In this document: piece by piece, positions 7,772-17,446 of the stretch
Layout: the number at the start of each line of letters is the position of its first letter
Numbering within the stretch: position 1 is the first letter of the stretch
NCBI GenBank assembly: GCA_030154445.1
Contig: JAGUQW010000004.1
Span: 36,940 to 100,939, forward strand
From: Spirochaetota bacterium
GTDB taxonomy: Bacteria; Spirochaetota; Brevinematia; Brevinematales; Brevinemataceae
Direction: 5' to 3'
DNA length: 64,000 nucleotides
Notes under the pieces: generated by a model
What the model was told of the DNA's origin: nothing
The model's database searches: none
Seen by the model: only the letters and a program-made list of their open reading frames with translations
Translations under genes and position numbers: made by a program

Positions 7772-9607
7772 ATGAATTACCAAACACAAACATTGAAACA
7801 AAAAATTTCTATTATATTATTATCTATTATTATTATGATATTAGCGATTATTCCTGCAGTTAATAATTACAAATACAATGACCATAGCAAAAATTGGTTA
7901 AATCATGATTATGGAAAAAATTTATTATCTTCTACAGAAGAATATTCTGTCTTTATGACAGAAGGCGGTGATAATCAAGTGTTTTCATCTCTATATTTCA
8001 CCTATGCCGTAAAATTAAGACAAGATCTTTTTCCTTATGACCAAAAAGGAAATATTTTTAAAAAAATCTATGGAGATCTTCGTTATATTATCTATGATAA
8101 TTTACAAATAAGATCTGATATCGTAAATAAAGCTCTTTTTACAGGACAAGAACCTTTTTATGTAGATATTAGAAGTCAAAAAAATCCTTATTTCGTCCCT
8201 TATGCTTTGGGGAAACCAGCTACTTATCTTACATGGGAATTAGCAAATCAACATATTTTAGGGAATTTCTATTATAAAAATTACGGACTAATGCATAAAG
8301 CACAAGAAATACGATATGCTATTATTGATTATATAGAAACACTTGGTTCTGCTAATATTAATGAAATCAAAATATATCTTAAAGAAAAACTAGGACGAAA
8401 TATCAATGATATTGAATTTAATTTTTGGTTAGATCAATTAAAACAAGATGATTATATTTCTCAAAAAAACAACATTATCATATTTCTAAAATCTTATCCA
8501 AAACCTTTTAAAAAACAGCCTATTGATAATTTTATTATTAGATGGCAAGAAATAAAAAATCTTGAATATTATGATTATCTTTCTCGTGAAATTGTTATAA
8601 GTTATTCTTATGAACAAGTTAATTTATTAAAAAATCAAATTATAGAATTACAAAAAATAAGAAGAGTAGAAAATTCTAAAAACAAACAAGAACAACTTGA
8701 TAAAAAAATATCTACTCTTTGGAATCAATTAACAAAATACGCTGAAACTATCAAAAAAGTTGGATATGACTCTGCTGGAACATTGCACAATCTTGGTATT
8801 TTTTATTTAAATGTTCCAGAAACATTTGATTTTATTACCAATGATTATGTTCCTATCGCTATAGAAACATGGGAACAAGCTCTTAATAGTGCTCCTTACT
8901 CTTGGTCTACCTATAATATATTATTATGGGCTTATGTAAAACAGGCAATTATAGAACCTCAAAATTCAGATTTTTATTTTGAAAAATTTGATTATTATGT
9001 AAATAGTATGACAAATAATATGACTCATTGGAAATCTATGAGTAAAAATATTTCCAAAAACAAAGTATACAAAGCTATTGAACAATTAATTAATATAAGA
9101 CAACAAAGTTCAAAATTGACTGGCGAACATCTTATAAAACAAAAAGAACAAATTACTCAAATGATTAATAATTCTCAAGAATTAGATTTTCAATTATTAC
9201 AATCTTATTTTACAACAATTATTAATCAACTTAATTTCTTAGACAATACGACCGCTAAAATAGAATTTAATAATTTGTGGTATAAAGCTTGGACAGTATA
9301 CCAAAACAATCCTGAATTTTTTCAATGGCATATCACTACATTAGGAGAATTAAGTGGTTATAAAGATTTAATATCTCAAAACTTATATCTTATTACAGCA
9401 CAAGATGCTGAGAAACATATGCCTTTATTAACAAAAGTAACAGAGGTAGAATTACCTCTATTTATTAGTATGTTTAAAATTGGAAATACTACACAAAACA
9501 CCACATTGCGTATTAAATACAAAATAAAACTTTTAGAAGCTTCTAAAAAAGCACTACCACAAGATCAATATATACAAATCAAACAACAAATTGATAATAT
9601 TAATTAA
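7772..9607 (+). CDS. Membrane-anchored protein resembling the soluble C-terminal part of DUF2723/TMEM260-type proteins, with TPR-like helices
   Basis: Single N-terminal TM helix (ISIILLSIIIMILAIIPAV). Then NWLNHDYGKNLLSSTEEYSVFMTEGGDNQVFSSLYFTYAVKLRQDLFPY, which matches my recollection of the post-membrane motif (nw.a.dya.N.L...ailft.GDNd.FpL.Y...veg.RpDv) of DUF2723 proteins. The remainder is helical and TPR-like. Confidence 0.35.
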   Translation: MNYQTQTLKQKISIILLSIIIMILAIIPAVNNYKYNDHSKNWLNHDYGKNLLSSTEEYSVFMTEGGDNQVFSSLYFTYAVKLRQDLFPYDQKGNIFKKIYGDLRYIIYDNLQIRSDIVNKALFTGQEPFYVDIRSQKNPYFVPYALGKPATYLTWELANQHILGNFYYKNYGLMHKAQEIRYAIIDYIETLGSANINEIKIYLKEKLGRNINDIEFNFWLDQLKQDDYISQKNNIIIFLKSYPKPFKKQPIDNFIIRWQEIKNLEYYDYLSREIVISYSYEQVNLLKNQIIELQKIRRVENSKNKQEQLDKKISTLWNQLTKYAETIKKVGYDSAGTLHNLGIFYLNVPETFDFITNDYVPIAIETWEQALNSAPYSWSTYNILLWAYVKQAIIEPQNSDFYFEKFDYYVNSMTNNMTHWKSMSKNISKNKVYKAIEQLINIRQQSSKLTGEHLIKQKEQITQMINNSQELDFQLLQSYFTTIINQLNFLDNTTAKIEFNNLWYKAWTVYQNNPEFFQWHITTLGELSGYKDLISQNLYLITAQDAEKHMPLLTKVTEVELPLFISMFKIGNTTQNTTLRIKYKIKLLEASKKALPQDQYIQIKQQIDNIN

Positions 9608-9615
9608 TATAAGAT

Positions 9616-10746
9616 ATGAAATTACTAAATACATCTATATTTGACTCTTCTGCTTTACGAAAAGCTGATAAAAATATTTTTTATCTTTATTTTATTTTTG
9701 TTGGAATTGGGCTTATTTTTATTTATAGTGTTTCTCGTTATGCAATTCGTGATACAGAATTAAATGCTAATACAATTTTTTTCAAACAATTTGTTTTTGC
9801 TATTATTTCTATTGTATTAATGTTACTATTTATTCAAATCGATTATCGTATCACTCGTATTATTGTTAAACCTATTTTTTTTCTATCACTGATTTTACTT
9901 ATTTTAGTATTTATTCCTGGGATAGGTCTTCAAATAGGATTAGCTCGTCGATGGATAGATTTTCGTTTTTTTTCTTTTAATCCTTCAGAATTTGCTAAAA
10001 TATCCTTAATTATTTATCTTGCTCATATTTTTGTAAAAAAACATGAGCATATTGCTGATTTCACCTCAGGCTTATTACCCCCCCTTCTACTTGTTGCTAT
10101 AATGTTTTGCATCATACTGTTACAATCAGGATTTTCTATTGGTGCTATTATTGTCATTGTTATGTTTACGATGATTTTTGCTGGAGGGGCGTCTCTTAAA
10201 CACATAGTTAGTATTATTTTATTGACTATTCCTATCATGATTCTTGCCATATGGAATGTTACCTATCGTAAAGACAGGATTCTTGCATATATAGATCCAT
10301 GGCAAGATCCCAGTGGTATAGGTTATCAATCTATAGAATCTCTAAAAGCACTAGCTCATGGTGGATTTTTTGGAGTAGGATTGGGAAATAGTATTCAAAA
10401 AATATCTCGTTTACCAGCAGCACATACAGATTTTATTTTTGCAATAATAGTAGAAGAAACAGGACTTATTGGAGGAATTACTTTAGCAAGTCTTTTTCTT
10501 TGGTTTTTTCTTAATGGATTGAAAATCTCATTTAGAACTAAAGATCCTTATGGCAAGCTTTTAGCATTTGGAATTGTTACATTAATTACTACCCATGCCT
10601 TATTAAACATGATGATTAATATGGGATTACTACCTCCTACAGGAGTATCACTTCCTTTTATTAGTTATGGTGGATCTTCTTTTGCTATGCTTTCTATTGC
10701 TACTGGTATTTTACTTAATATTAGTTCTCACATTTCACCGAGATAA
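9616..10746 (+). CDS. ftsW: SEDS-family peptidoglycan polymerase FtsW/RodA
   Basis: About 10 TM helices, with RRWIDFRFFSFNPSEFAKISLIIYLA, HTDFIFAIIVEETGLIGG and LPFISYGGSS. Confidence 0.85.
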   Translation: MKLLNTSIFDSSALRKADKNIFYLYFIFVGIGLIFIYSVSRYAIRDTELNANTIFFKQFVFAIISIVLMLLFIQIDYRITRIIVKPIFFLSLILLILVFIPGIGLQIGLARRWIDFRFFSFNPSEFAKISLIIYLAHIFVKKHEHIADFTSGLLPPLLLVAIMFCIILLQSGFSIGAIIVIVMFTMIFAGGASLKHIVSIILLTIPIMILAIWNVTYRKDRILAYIDPWQDPSGIGYQSIESLKALAHGGFFGVGLGNSIQKISRLPAAHTDFIFAIIVEETGLIGGITLASLFLWFFLNGLKISFRTKDPYGKLLAFGIVTLITTHALLNMMINMGLLPPTGVSLPFISYGGSSFAMLSIATGILLNISSHISPR

Positions 10747-10835
10747 CTTTATTAGTTTTATAGATGACAATATGGTGTATTTTTGAATTAATTTTAAAAT
10801 CATGTTATATTATAAATATAATTAGGAGTATTAAA

Positions 10836-11414
10836 ATGAAAATATTACAAACCTCATCCTTTATTCAACAAAATATTCAATCTACAAAAAATCAAAAAAC
10901 AGATGCAAAATATCCCTCTACGAATATTAAAAAATCTGATAGCAGTAATCTTAAATCATCTTCACTGAATATTCAATCTCTTAAAACAATTCATACTCTG
11001 CAACAAGATCATGTGCAAACTCAACGATTATTAGGTTCTTTAACTCAATTAATAGAATCTCTAAAATCATTCAAACAAACACCTAGTGTTTATGAAGAAA
11101 ATATTAAAAACAGTCTTTTAGAAATTAAAAAAGATTTCCCAGAATTCACTAAAAAAATCGAACAACACATAAATAATCCTGAACAAATGATAGTACAAGC
11201 GAATAAAATAAAAAATGAAATTACTGCCAAAATAAATACTCAAAAAAAAGTTATTGCTCATTATTTGATTTCTGAACAAAATAAAGATGCTGTACAGAAA
11301 AAAAGTGTAACCACTAATGATACTCAAAAAATCGTTCAAAAAATTACTGATAAATCTTTATCACCCTTACATAATTCTCAAGCGATACAAATCACAAAAC
11401 TTTTAAATTCTTAA
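10836..11414 (+). CDS. Hypothetical Q/K/N-rich soluble protein
   Basis: I prefer the ATG at 10836 (GGAG RBS 8 nt upstream) over the track start at 10764. No recognisable motif. The sequence is low-complexity and coiled-coil-like. Confidence 0.3.
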   Translation: MKILQTSSFIQQNIQSTKNQKTDAKYPSTNIKKSDSSNLKSSSLNIQSLKTIHTLQQDHVQTQRLLGSLTQLIESLKSFKQTPSVYEENIKNSLLEIKKDFPEFTKKIEQHINNPEQMIVQANKIKNEITAKINTQKKVIAHYLISEQNKDAVQKKSVTTNDTQKIVQKITDKSLSPLHNSQAIQITKLLNS

Positions 11415-11443
11415 AAATTTTTCCTAAATAGGAGTTTTCTACT

Positions 11444-12445
11444 ATGTTTGATATTTTAAAATTACTTGAATACCCTAGTACTTCTTCTGTTTTTTTTGTT
11501 GCTGAATTAGGTATTAATCATGATGGTAATCTTAGTATTGCCAAACAAATGATAGACCAAGCAATAGAAGCCAAAGCAGATGCTGTAAAATTTCAATTAT
11601 ATGAAACAGATTTATTTTATAATAAACTCATTGCTCCTGAAGCTCATCAACTTTTCAAAACTTTTCACATTCCTTACGATCAATTTATTATTCTTAAAAA
11701 ATATGCAGAATCTCGTGGTATGCTAGTATTCGCGGCTCCATTTGATACACAAACATTACAACAACTTATCAAAGATTCTATATTTCCTATCAAAATTGCT
11801 AGTGGAGATGCATTAACTGAACCATGGATCGATAATTTATTAGATAACAAAATTCCTTTCATCATTTCAACAGGATCTCTTGAAGAAAAAGAAATTCAAA
11901 AACTTGCTCATAAACTAGAAAACACCCTTTCTGCTATGTTATACTGTGTATCTGAATACCCAGCACCACCAGAAGGTTTTGATATTAGATATATTCAAAC
12001 AATGCAACAATATCTACCAAATCAAGCTATTGGATTTTCTGATCATTCTCAAGGAATAGCATTATCATTAGCAGCTGTTGCTCATGGAGCAAAAATTATA
12101 GAAAGACATTTTACTTTATTTCCTGAACGAAATGATTTGGATCATCCTTTATCTTTATCACCAGAAAATTTTCATCAAATGGTAACTTCCTCTCGTATGA
12201 TAGAAAAAGCTCTTGGAACAGGAATAAGAAATACATCACCTATAGAAAAAAATATTAGAAATCTTGCAGGAAGAGATATATTTGCTCATATTAATATACC
12301 AGCAAATACTCCTATTTCTGAAGAAATGATTATTTTTCAGCGTCCAGGAAAAGGTATTAGCTCTCAAGAATATAATTCTCTTTTAGGCAAATTATCTCAA
12401 AAGGATATTCCTAAAGGAACTTCTTTAAGGGGAATTTTGTTATAA
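11444..12445 (+). CDS. NeuB-family sialic/nonulosonic-acid synthase-like protein (PEP-condensing aldolase plus SAF domain)
   Basis: FFVAELGINHDGNLSIAKQMIDQAIEAKADAVKFQ, IGFSDHSQG, AKIIERHFTL and a C-terminal SAF-like segment (RPGKGISSQEY). Confidence 0.75.
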   Translation: MFDILKLLEYPSTSSVFFVAELGINHDGNLSIAKQMIDQAIEAKADAVKFQLYETDLFYNKLIAPEAHQLFKTFHIPYDQFIILKKYAESRGMLVFAAPFDTQTLQQLIKDSIFPIKIASGDALTEPWIDNLLDNKIPFIISTGSLEEKEIQKLAHKLENTLSAMLYCVSEYPAPPEGFDIRYIQTMQQYLPNQAIGFSDHSQGIALSLAAVAHGAKIIERHFTLFPERNDLDHPLSLSPENFHQMVTSSRMIEKALGTGIRNTSPIEKNIRNLAGRDIFAHINIPANTPISEEMIIFQRPGKGISSQEYNSLLGKLSQKDIPKGTSLRGILL

Positions 12446-12473
12446 TATAATAACAAAATAATAGGTATTTAAT

Positions 12474-13361
12474 ATGAATAATTTAATCGTTGTTTTAGAT
12501 GATTTAGGTCAAAAAGCTATAAATTTATTACAAAATTCCCCCCATACTATTAGCTTTGATCTAAAGGATCTTCCTCTAGCTACAGCTATTATTACTCGAT
12601 CCACTAAAATCACCAAAGATATGATTCTTGTTTCACCTAATCTCACAATAATTTCTCGTGCAGGGGTAGGAATGGATAATATTGATGTAGAATTTGCACA
12701 TTCTCAGAATATTCTTACATTCAACGCAAAAGGTGGAAACGCTGTTAACGCTGCAGAAACTACCATGGGTTTAATTCTTTCACTAGCACACAAAATTACC
12801 TATGCTCATCATTTACTATATGGACATAAAAAATGGGAAAGAGGATTGTTAACAGAAGGATTTGAAATAGCTAACAAAACATTAGGTATCATAGGTTGTG
12901 GTAATGTCGGTTTGCGTGTTGCACAATTCGCTTATGCTTTTAATATGCATGTTTTGGTGTATGATCCTTATCAATCTAATATCCCAGCTTTTGCTACACG
13001 AACACAAAATTTAAAACAATTATTAAGTGAAAGTGATTTAATAACACTACACACACCATTAACCAAAGAAACAATGTACATGATAGATGAACAAGAGTTA
13101 TCGTACTGTAAAAAAAATGCTTATATTATTAATGCTTGTAGAGGAAAGGTAATCAAAGAAAGTGCCTTGATTAATGCTCTAAAAAATCACCATATAGCAG
13201 GTGCTGCATTAGATGTATTTGATAAAGAACCTATTCCAGAAAATTCTGAATTATATGATTTAGATAATATTATTATTATACCTCATCTTGGTGGTGCTGG
13301 AATTGAATGTAGAAATCGGGTATCTCAACTTGCTGTAGAAAATGTGTTAAATAAACTTTAG
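12474..13361 (+). CDS. D-isomer-specific 2-hydroxyacid dehydrogenase (PGDH/GyaR-like)
   Basis: NAD motif LGIIGCGNVGLRVA, then LHTPLTKET, INACRGKVI, AALDVF and IIIPHLGG. Confidence 0.8.
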   Translation: MNNLIVVLDDLGQKAINLLQNSPHTISFDLKDLPLATAIITRSTKITKDMILVSPNLTIISRAGVGMDNIDVEFAHSQNILTFNAKGGNAVNAAETTMGLILSLAHKITYAHHLLYGHKKWERGLLTEGFEIANKTLGIIGCGNVGLRVAQFAYAFNMHVLVYDPYQSNIPAFATRTQNLKQLLSESDLITLHTPLTKETMYMIDEQELSYCKKNAYIINACRGKVIKESALINALKNHHIAGAALDVFDKEPIPENSELYDLDNIIIIPHLGGAGIECRNRVSQLAVENVLNKL

Positions 13362-13370
13362 GATCTATAA

Positions 13371-14087
13371 ATGATAGAAACATCTAGTATATCAATAATA
13401 ATAGATATTTTATGTACCAGTATGCTTATTTATACAATTTATTATTTTTTTAGGGGTACTCATACTGCAACTATTGGAAAAGGATTGATTATTTGTATTG
13501 TATTGTACAGTATTTCTGTGATAACCAACCTTAATACAATAACTTGGTTATTTTTGAGATTCTTTAATGAACTCCCTATTATCATAGCTATTATTTTTCA
13601 TCAAGAAATTAGACATTTTTTTTCTAATCTTGGAAGAAATCATCAACAAACTCATAATTCCCAGCTTTTTTCTCATCAACTTTCTATTGCTTTACAAGAA
13701 TTATCTGATCAGAATACAGGGGCACTTATTATTATTGAAAGAAATATGCTCTTGAATGATCTCACGAATAATGCTGTTATGTTAGATGCTCGTTTTAGTA
13801 TTGAGTTAATACATTCTATTTTTTACAAAGGAACTCCTCTGCATGATGGAGCTGTAATTATTAGAAATGAACATATACTCGCAGCCAAAGTATTACTTCC
13901 TGCTGTTTTTTCTGCTTCCTCTACTGGAACAAGACATGGGGTGGGAACTTCTATATCAAAAGAGAGAGATTGTATTGTTTTTATTGTTTCTGAAGAAACC
14001 GGAATTATTTCTTATGCTAAAGATGGTCTTCTTACTTCCATTCCAAATATGATTTTAGAGGACATTATTCATGAAACTATCCAATAA
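13371..14087 (+). CDS. cdaA: Diadenylate cyclase CdaA (membrane-anchored DAC domain)
   Basis: Three N-terminal TM helices followed by DAC motifs GALIIIER, GTPLHDGAVIIRN, TGTRHGVGTSISKERDCIVFIVSEETGIIS. Confidence 0.9.
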   Translation: MIETSSISIIIDILCTSMLIYTIYYFFRGTHTATIGKGLIICIVLYSISVITNLNTITWLFLRFFNELPIIIAIIFHQEIRHFFSNLGRNHQQTHNSQLFSHQLSIALQELSDQNTGALIIIERNMLLNDLTNNAVMLDARFSIELIHSIFYKGTPLHDGAVIIRNEHILAAKVLLPAVFSASSTGTRHGVGTSISKERDCIVFIVSEETGIISYAKDGLLTSIPNMILEDIIHETIQ

Positions 14088-15138
14088 ATATCAAAAATTT
14101 ATTTTTTCAGATCCTGTTGGTAAGGCTATCTCTATAATACTAGCTTATTTTTTATGGTATTATGTACAAAATTTTTCTATAGAAAAATTGTATATTAGTC
14201 TTCCTGTTACTATTATTAATATTCCTCAAAATAAAATAATTGAAGCAACCAATGATATTGCTATTAGAGTAGAAATATTAGCTTATGAAGATGTATCTCG
14301 TCGTATTGAAAATATCAAAGCTATTATTGATTTATCTAATTATACTACAGGTACCAAATCTTACCCTATAACACTATTAAATTTACCTAAAGATATTGAA
14401 GCTAATATATCTCCCGAATTCAAACGCATTAGTATTTATGATATTATAAATAAAACAGTTCCTATCACTATTAATATAAAATCTAATAGTACACTAACTA
14501 ATATCAGTTATAAGCCTAAAGAAGTAACTATTTCTGGATCTTCTAAAATAATAGAACAAATAAAAGCATTAACTACAGAAGAGTTAAAAATTAATAATTC
14601 TATACAAAATATTATATCAACTAATCTCAAAATATATTATCCTAATAAGGTTAAATTATTAGATGCTACTAGCGTTGATATTATATTGAATTTTAATCTT
14701 ACAAATTACACCAATGAAGTTATTATACCTGTCAAATACATCGGTCAACAAAGCAATCTTCAAATTTCTTTTACCACAAATATGTATTTAAAATTTGTAA
14801 CAACAAGTTCTAATATAGAGCCATTATTATTAGAAAGTTTTATGACTTTAGATCTTAGTAATATTACTAATTCTGGAAAATATAATATACCTATTAATAT
14901 TTCTGTACCAACTAATGTTCATCTTATTGATCCTCCTATAGTAGTGCCTATAGAGTTATTTGATCCTTCAACAATAATAACTCTACCTATGAGAGAAGAA
15001 ATTATACCAGCAAATACATCTTCAAATGAATTTGAAACTTTTAATGATTCTATACTTAAAGAATCAAAAGAAATCACTAATTATAATTTTAATACAAATA
15101 TTACAAAAGAAACAAATCTGGAAAATAACTCTATGTAG
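14071..15138 (+). CDS. cdaR: CdaA regulator CdaR (YbbR-repeat protein)
   Basis: N-terminal TM anchor and repeated YbbR-like beta modules (VPITINIK..., PKEVTISGSSKIIEQI). It overlaps cdaA by 17 nt, the usual operon partner arrangement. Confidence 0.7.
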   Translation: MKLSNKYQKFIFSDPVGKAISIILAYFLWYYVQNFSIEKLYISLPVTIINIPQNKIIEATNDIAIRVEILAYEDVSRRIENIKAIIDLSNYTTGTKSYPITLLNLPKDIEANISPEFKRISIYDIINKTVPITINIKSNSTLTNISYKPKEVTISGSSKIIEQIKALTTEELKINNSIQNIISTNLKIYYPNKVKLLDATSVDIILNFNLTNYTNEVIIPVKYIGQQSNLQISFTTNMYLKFVTTSSNIEPLLLESFMTLDLSNITNSGKYNIPINISVPTNVHLIDPPIVVPIELFDPSTIITLPMREEIIPANTSSNEFETFNDSILKESKEITNYNFNTNITKETNLENNSM

Positions 15139-15146
15139 AGGTATAA

Positions 15147-16205
15147 ATGATAAATGCACTGATTCTTACTGCTGGAGGCTTGGATTCCTTACTTACCATC
15201 AAATTAATGGAACAAACTAAGATCCCTTTTCAAGTTGTTCATTTTGATATAGGATTAACACACAATAAACCTATTGTCGCGGGATTAAGAATTTCTAAAT
15301 ATTTTGGATTAGAAAATATTATTCGAAACAGTATAGAGATTGAAAAATTTGATGTTGCCAAAGAATTCTATGCTCAAATTTTAAATATCAAAAATTACAA
15401 AAATTACAATCCATGTTTAGAATGTAAAATATTTATTTTAAAAAAAGCCAAAGAATATATGAAAGAAATTGGTGCTCAGTTTATTGTTACAGGAGATGTC
15501 GTAGATCAACGCCCTTTAATACAAGGTAAATCAGCACTATTAACAACAGATCAGCAAGCAAATGTAGAAAACATTGTTTTTAGACCTTTATCAGCTAATA
15601 TACTACCTCAATCGCCCCTACTATCTTCTTTTCCTGAATTATTAAAAATATCACATGATTTCACAAGTTTTTCTCAAAAAAGAATTGAATTGGCACAAAA
15701 ATTAAATATTACCTACACTCCATCTGTCTCTGAACAATATTTTGACAAACACAAAGAAGAATTAGCCATGGGTAAAAAAGCATTTGAAATATTTGAAAAA
15801 CAAAAAACAATCAATATTACTCATGCAAATCGTATAGGATTGCATTTCAAAATAGATGACACGACAAGGTGTGTTATTGGAAGAACACCTTTTGAAAGTA
15901 ACTATCTCAAAAAATTCTATGAAAAATTAAAAAACAAAGATTTTGCTTTTTGTTCAAATACTCCTAGTTTTTTATTTGGATTTATGTATGGTTCTAATAA
16001 CATAGAAATTCATGAGACAATAGCTCTGAAAATATTTAGTGCTATTGTCTTCCAATATCATAATTCATCAAATATTCAATTATTCAATCGTGAAAATCTA
16101 TTATTAGGGAGTCAAGTGATAACTCCTTTTTCACAAATAGAAATAAAACAATATATTTTGTATGCCAATGAAATGTATTGTCCTATTAATTCTTTAGATA
16201 TATAG
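15147..16205 (+). CDS. ThiI-like PP-loop ATP pyrophosphatase lacking a THUMP domain, with an uncharacterised C-terminal half
   Basis: PP-loop ALILTAGGLDS, then VHF, NPCLECKIFILKKAKEYMKEIGAQFIVTGDVVDQRP and VFRPLS. These parallel the ThiI adenylation-domain motifs (SGGIDS ... C..CK ... ivTGE.lgQ ... RPL). Confidence 0.5.
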   Translation: MINALILTAGGLDSLLTIKLMEQTKIPFQVVHFDIGLTHNKPIVAGLRISKYFGLENIIRNSIEIEKFDVAKEFYAQILNIKNYKNYNPCLECKIFILKKAKEYMKEIGAQFIVTGDVVDQRPLIQGKSALLTTDQQANVENIVFRPLSANILPQSPLLSSFPELLKISHDFTSFSQKRIELAQKLNITYTPSVSEQYFDKHKEELAMGKKAFEIFEKQKTINITHANRIGLHFKIDDTTRCVIGRTPFESNYLKKFYEKLKNKDFAFCSNTPSFLFGFMYGSNNIEIHETIALKIFSAIVFQYHNSSNIQLFNRENLLLGSQVITPFSQIEIKQYILYANEMYCPINSLDI

Positions 16206-16297
16206 CAAAATATTTACAAATCACTTGCTTTTTTATATGTTACATATTATACTATTTAACATTATATAAATAATTTATATTATTTTCGGAGTTTTCT

Positions 16298-16627
16298 ATG
16301 ATTATTTTTTTACTAACTATTTTTATTATTTCTATTGTACTATTAATTCCTACAATATTATTACAAACTAATGGAGCTAATAATGGAATGTTATCCTCTA
16401 ATATTACAGCAGGAGCATTTGGTGCTCGTTCTAATGAAGTGTTAGTAAAATTCACTAGTTATTGTGTTGCTGCTTTTATTCTTTCAGCTCTGTTATTATC
16501 TATCCACTTCATTCGTATAAATACTGATTTTGTTGAAACAGATGTTCCTGCTCAAAGTGAAATGACTGAAACAACAGCTAATCAAATCACAGAAGAAGAA
16601 GCTAGTGCTCTTCCTATAAAAGAATAA
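16298..16627 (+). CDS. secG: Preprotein translocase subunit SecG
   Basis: Two TM helices with LLQTNGANNGMLSS...GAFGARS between them, plus an acidic C-terminal tail. Confidence 0.75.
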   Translation: MIIFLLTIFIISIVLLIPTILLQTNGANNGMLSSNITAGAFGARSNEVLVKFTSYCVAAFILSALLLSIHFIRINTDFVETDVPAQSEMTETTANQITEEEASALPIKE

Positions 16628-16651
16628 TCAATAATAACAAAATCAAAATCA

Positions 16652-16679
16652 AAAAAAGGTATTTTTATACCTTTTTTTT
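16652..16679 (+). terminator. Intrinsic terminator after secG
   Basis: AAAAAAAGGTATTTTTATACCTTTTTTTT. Confidence 0.7.
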
Positions 16680-16695
16680 GATAATAGAGGTTCTC

Positions 16696-17361
16696 ATGAA
16701 ACATGTCGCTATTATTGTAGCAAGTGGATCTGGTTCTCGATATCATAGTACTATCCCCAAACAATTTACTCATATTAATAATAAAATGGTACTAGAATAT
16801 ACCATCGAAAAATTTATGAATATTGTAGATGAAATTATTATAATGGTACATCAAGATTATCAAAAATCTATGGTGCAATATTTTTCGCATCTATCCAATA
16901 TACAAGTATGTATTGGTGGTAAATCACGACAAGAGAGTGTTCTTAATGGTCTCAAATATCTACAAAAACATACTCCAGATATTGTTACTATTCATGACAG
17001 CGTTAGGCCTTTAGTATCCCAAAGCATGATTTTGGATTCTTTGGCTACTGCCCAAAAATATAATTCAGCTATTCCTATTATCCCCATTGTAGATTCTTTA
17101 TGGCAAAAAAATGAGACTCATACTCTTTCTACATCTTGTGATAGAAATTTATTTGTCTGTTCTCAAACACCTCAAGCTTTTAATTACAAACAAATCCTCC
17201 AAGCACACATGCATGCCAAAGATATTCTTTCACAATTTAGTGATTGTGCTGGTGTATATACAAATTTATTTCATAATGTACATACTTACGAAGGCAATAA
17301 AAACAACATCAAATTAACTACTACGGATGATCTAGCTTTTATTAAGTTTTCACTACATTAA
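16696..17361 (+). CDS. ispD: 2-C-methyl-D-erythritol 4-phosphate cytidylyltransferase
   Basis: VAIIVASGSGSRYHSTIPKQF, GGKSRQESV and IHDSVRPL. The ATG at 16696 follows an AGAGG RBS, and the track start at 16678 lies inside the secG terminator. Confidence 0.85.
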   Translation: MKHVAIIVASGSGSRYHSTIPKQFTHINNKMVLEYTIEKFMNIVDEIIIMVHQDYQKSMVQYFSHLSNIQVCIGGKSRQESVLNGLKYLQKHTPDIVTIHDSVRPLVSQSMILDSLATAQKYNSAIPIIPIVDSLWQKNETHTLSTSCDRNLFVCSQTPQAFNYKQILQAHMHAKDILSQFSDCAGVYTNLFHNVHTYEGNKNNIKLTTTDDLAFIKFSLH

Positions 17362-17446
17362 TAATAATTATTTACTTGACTATCTATGATTTAATTATTA
17401 TTATTGATTATCAAATCAAAATAATACTATTTGCAGGGAGTTTTTT

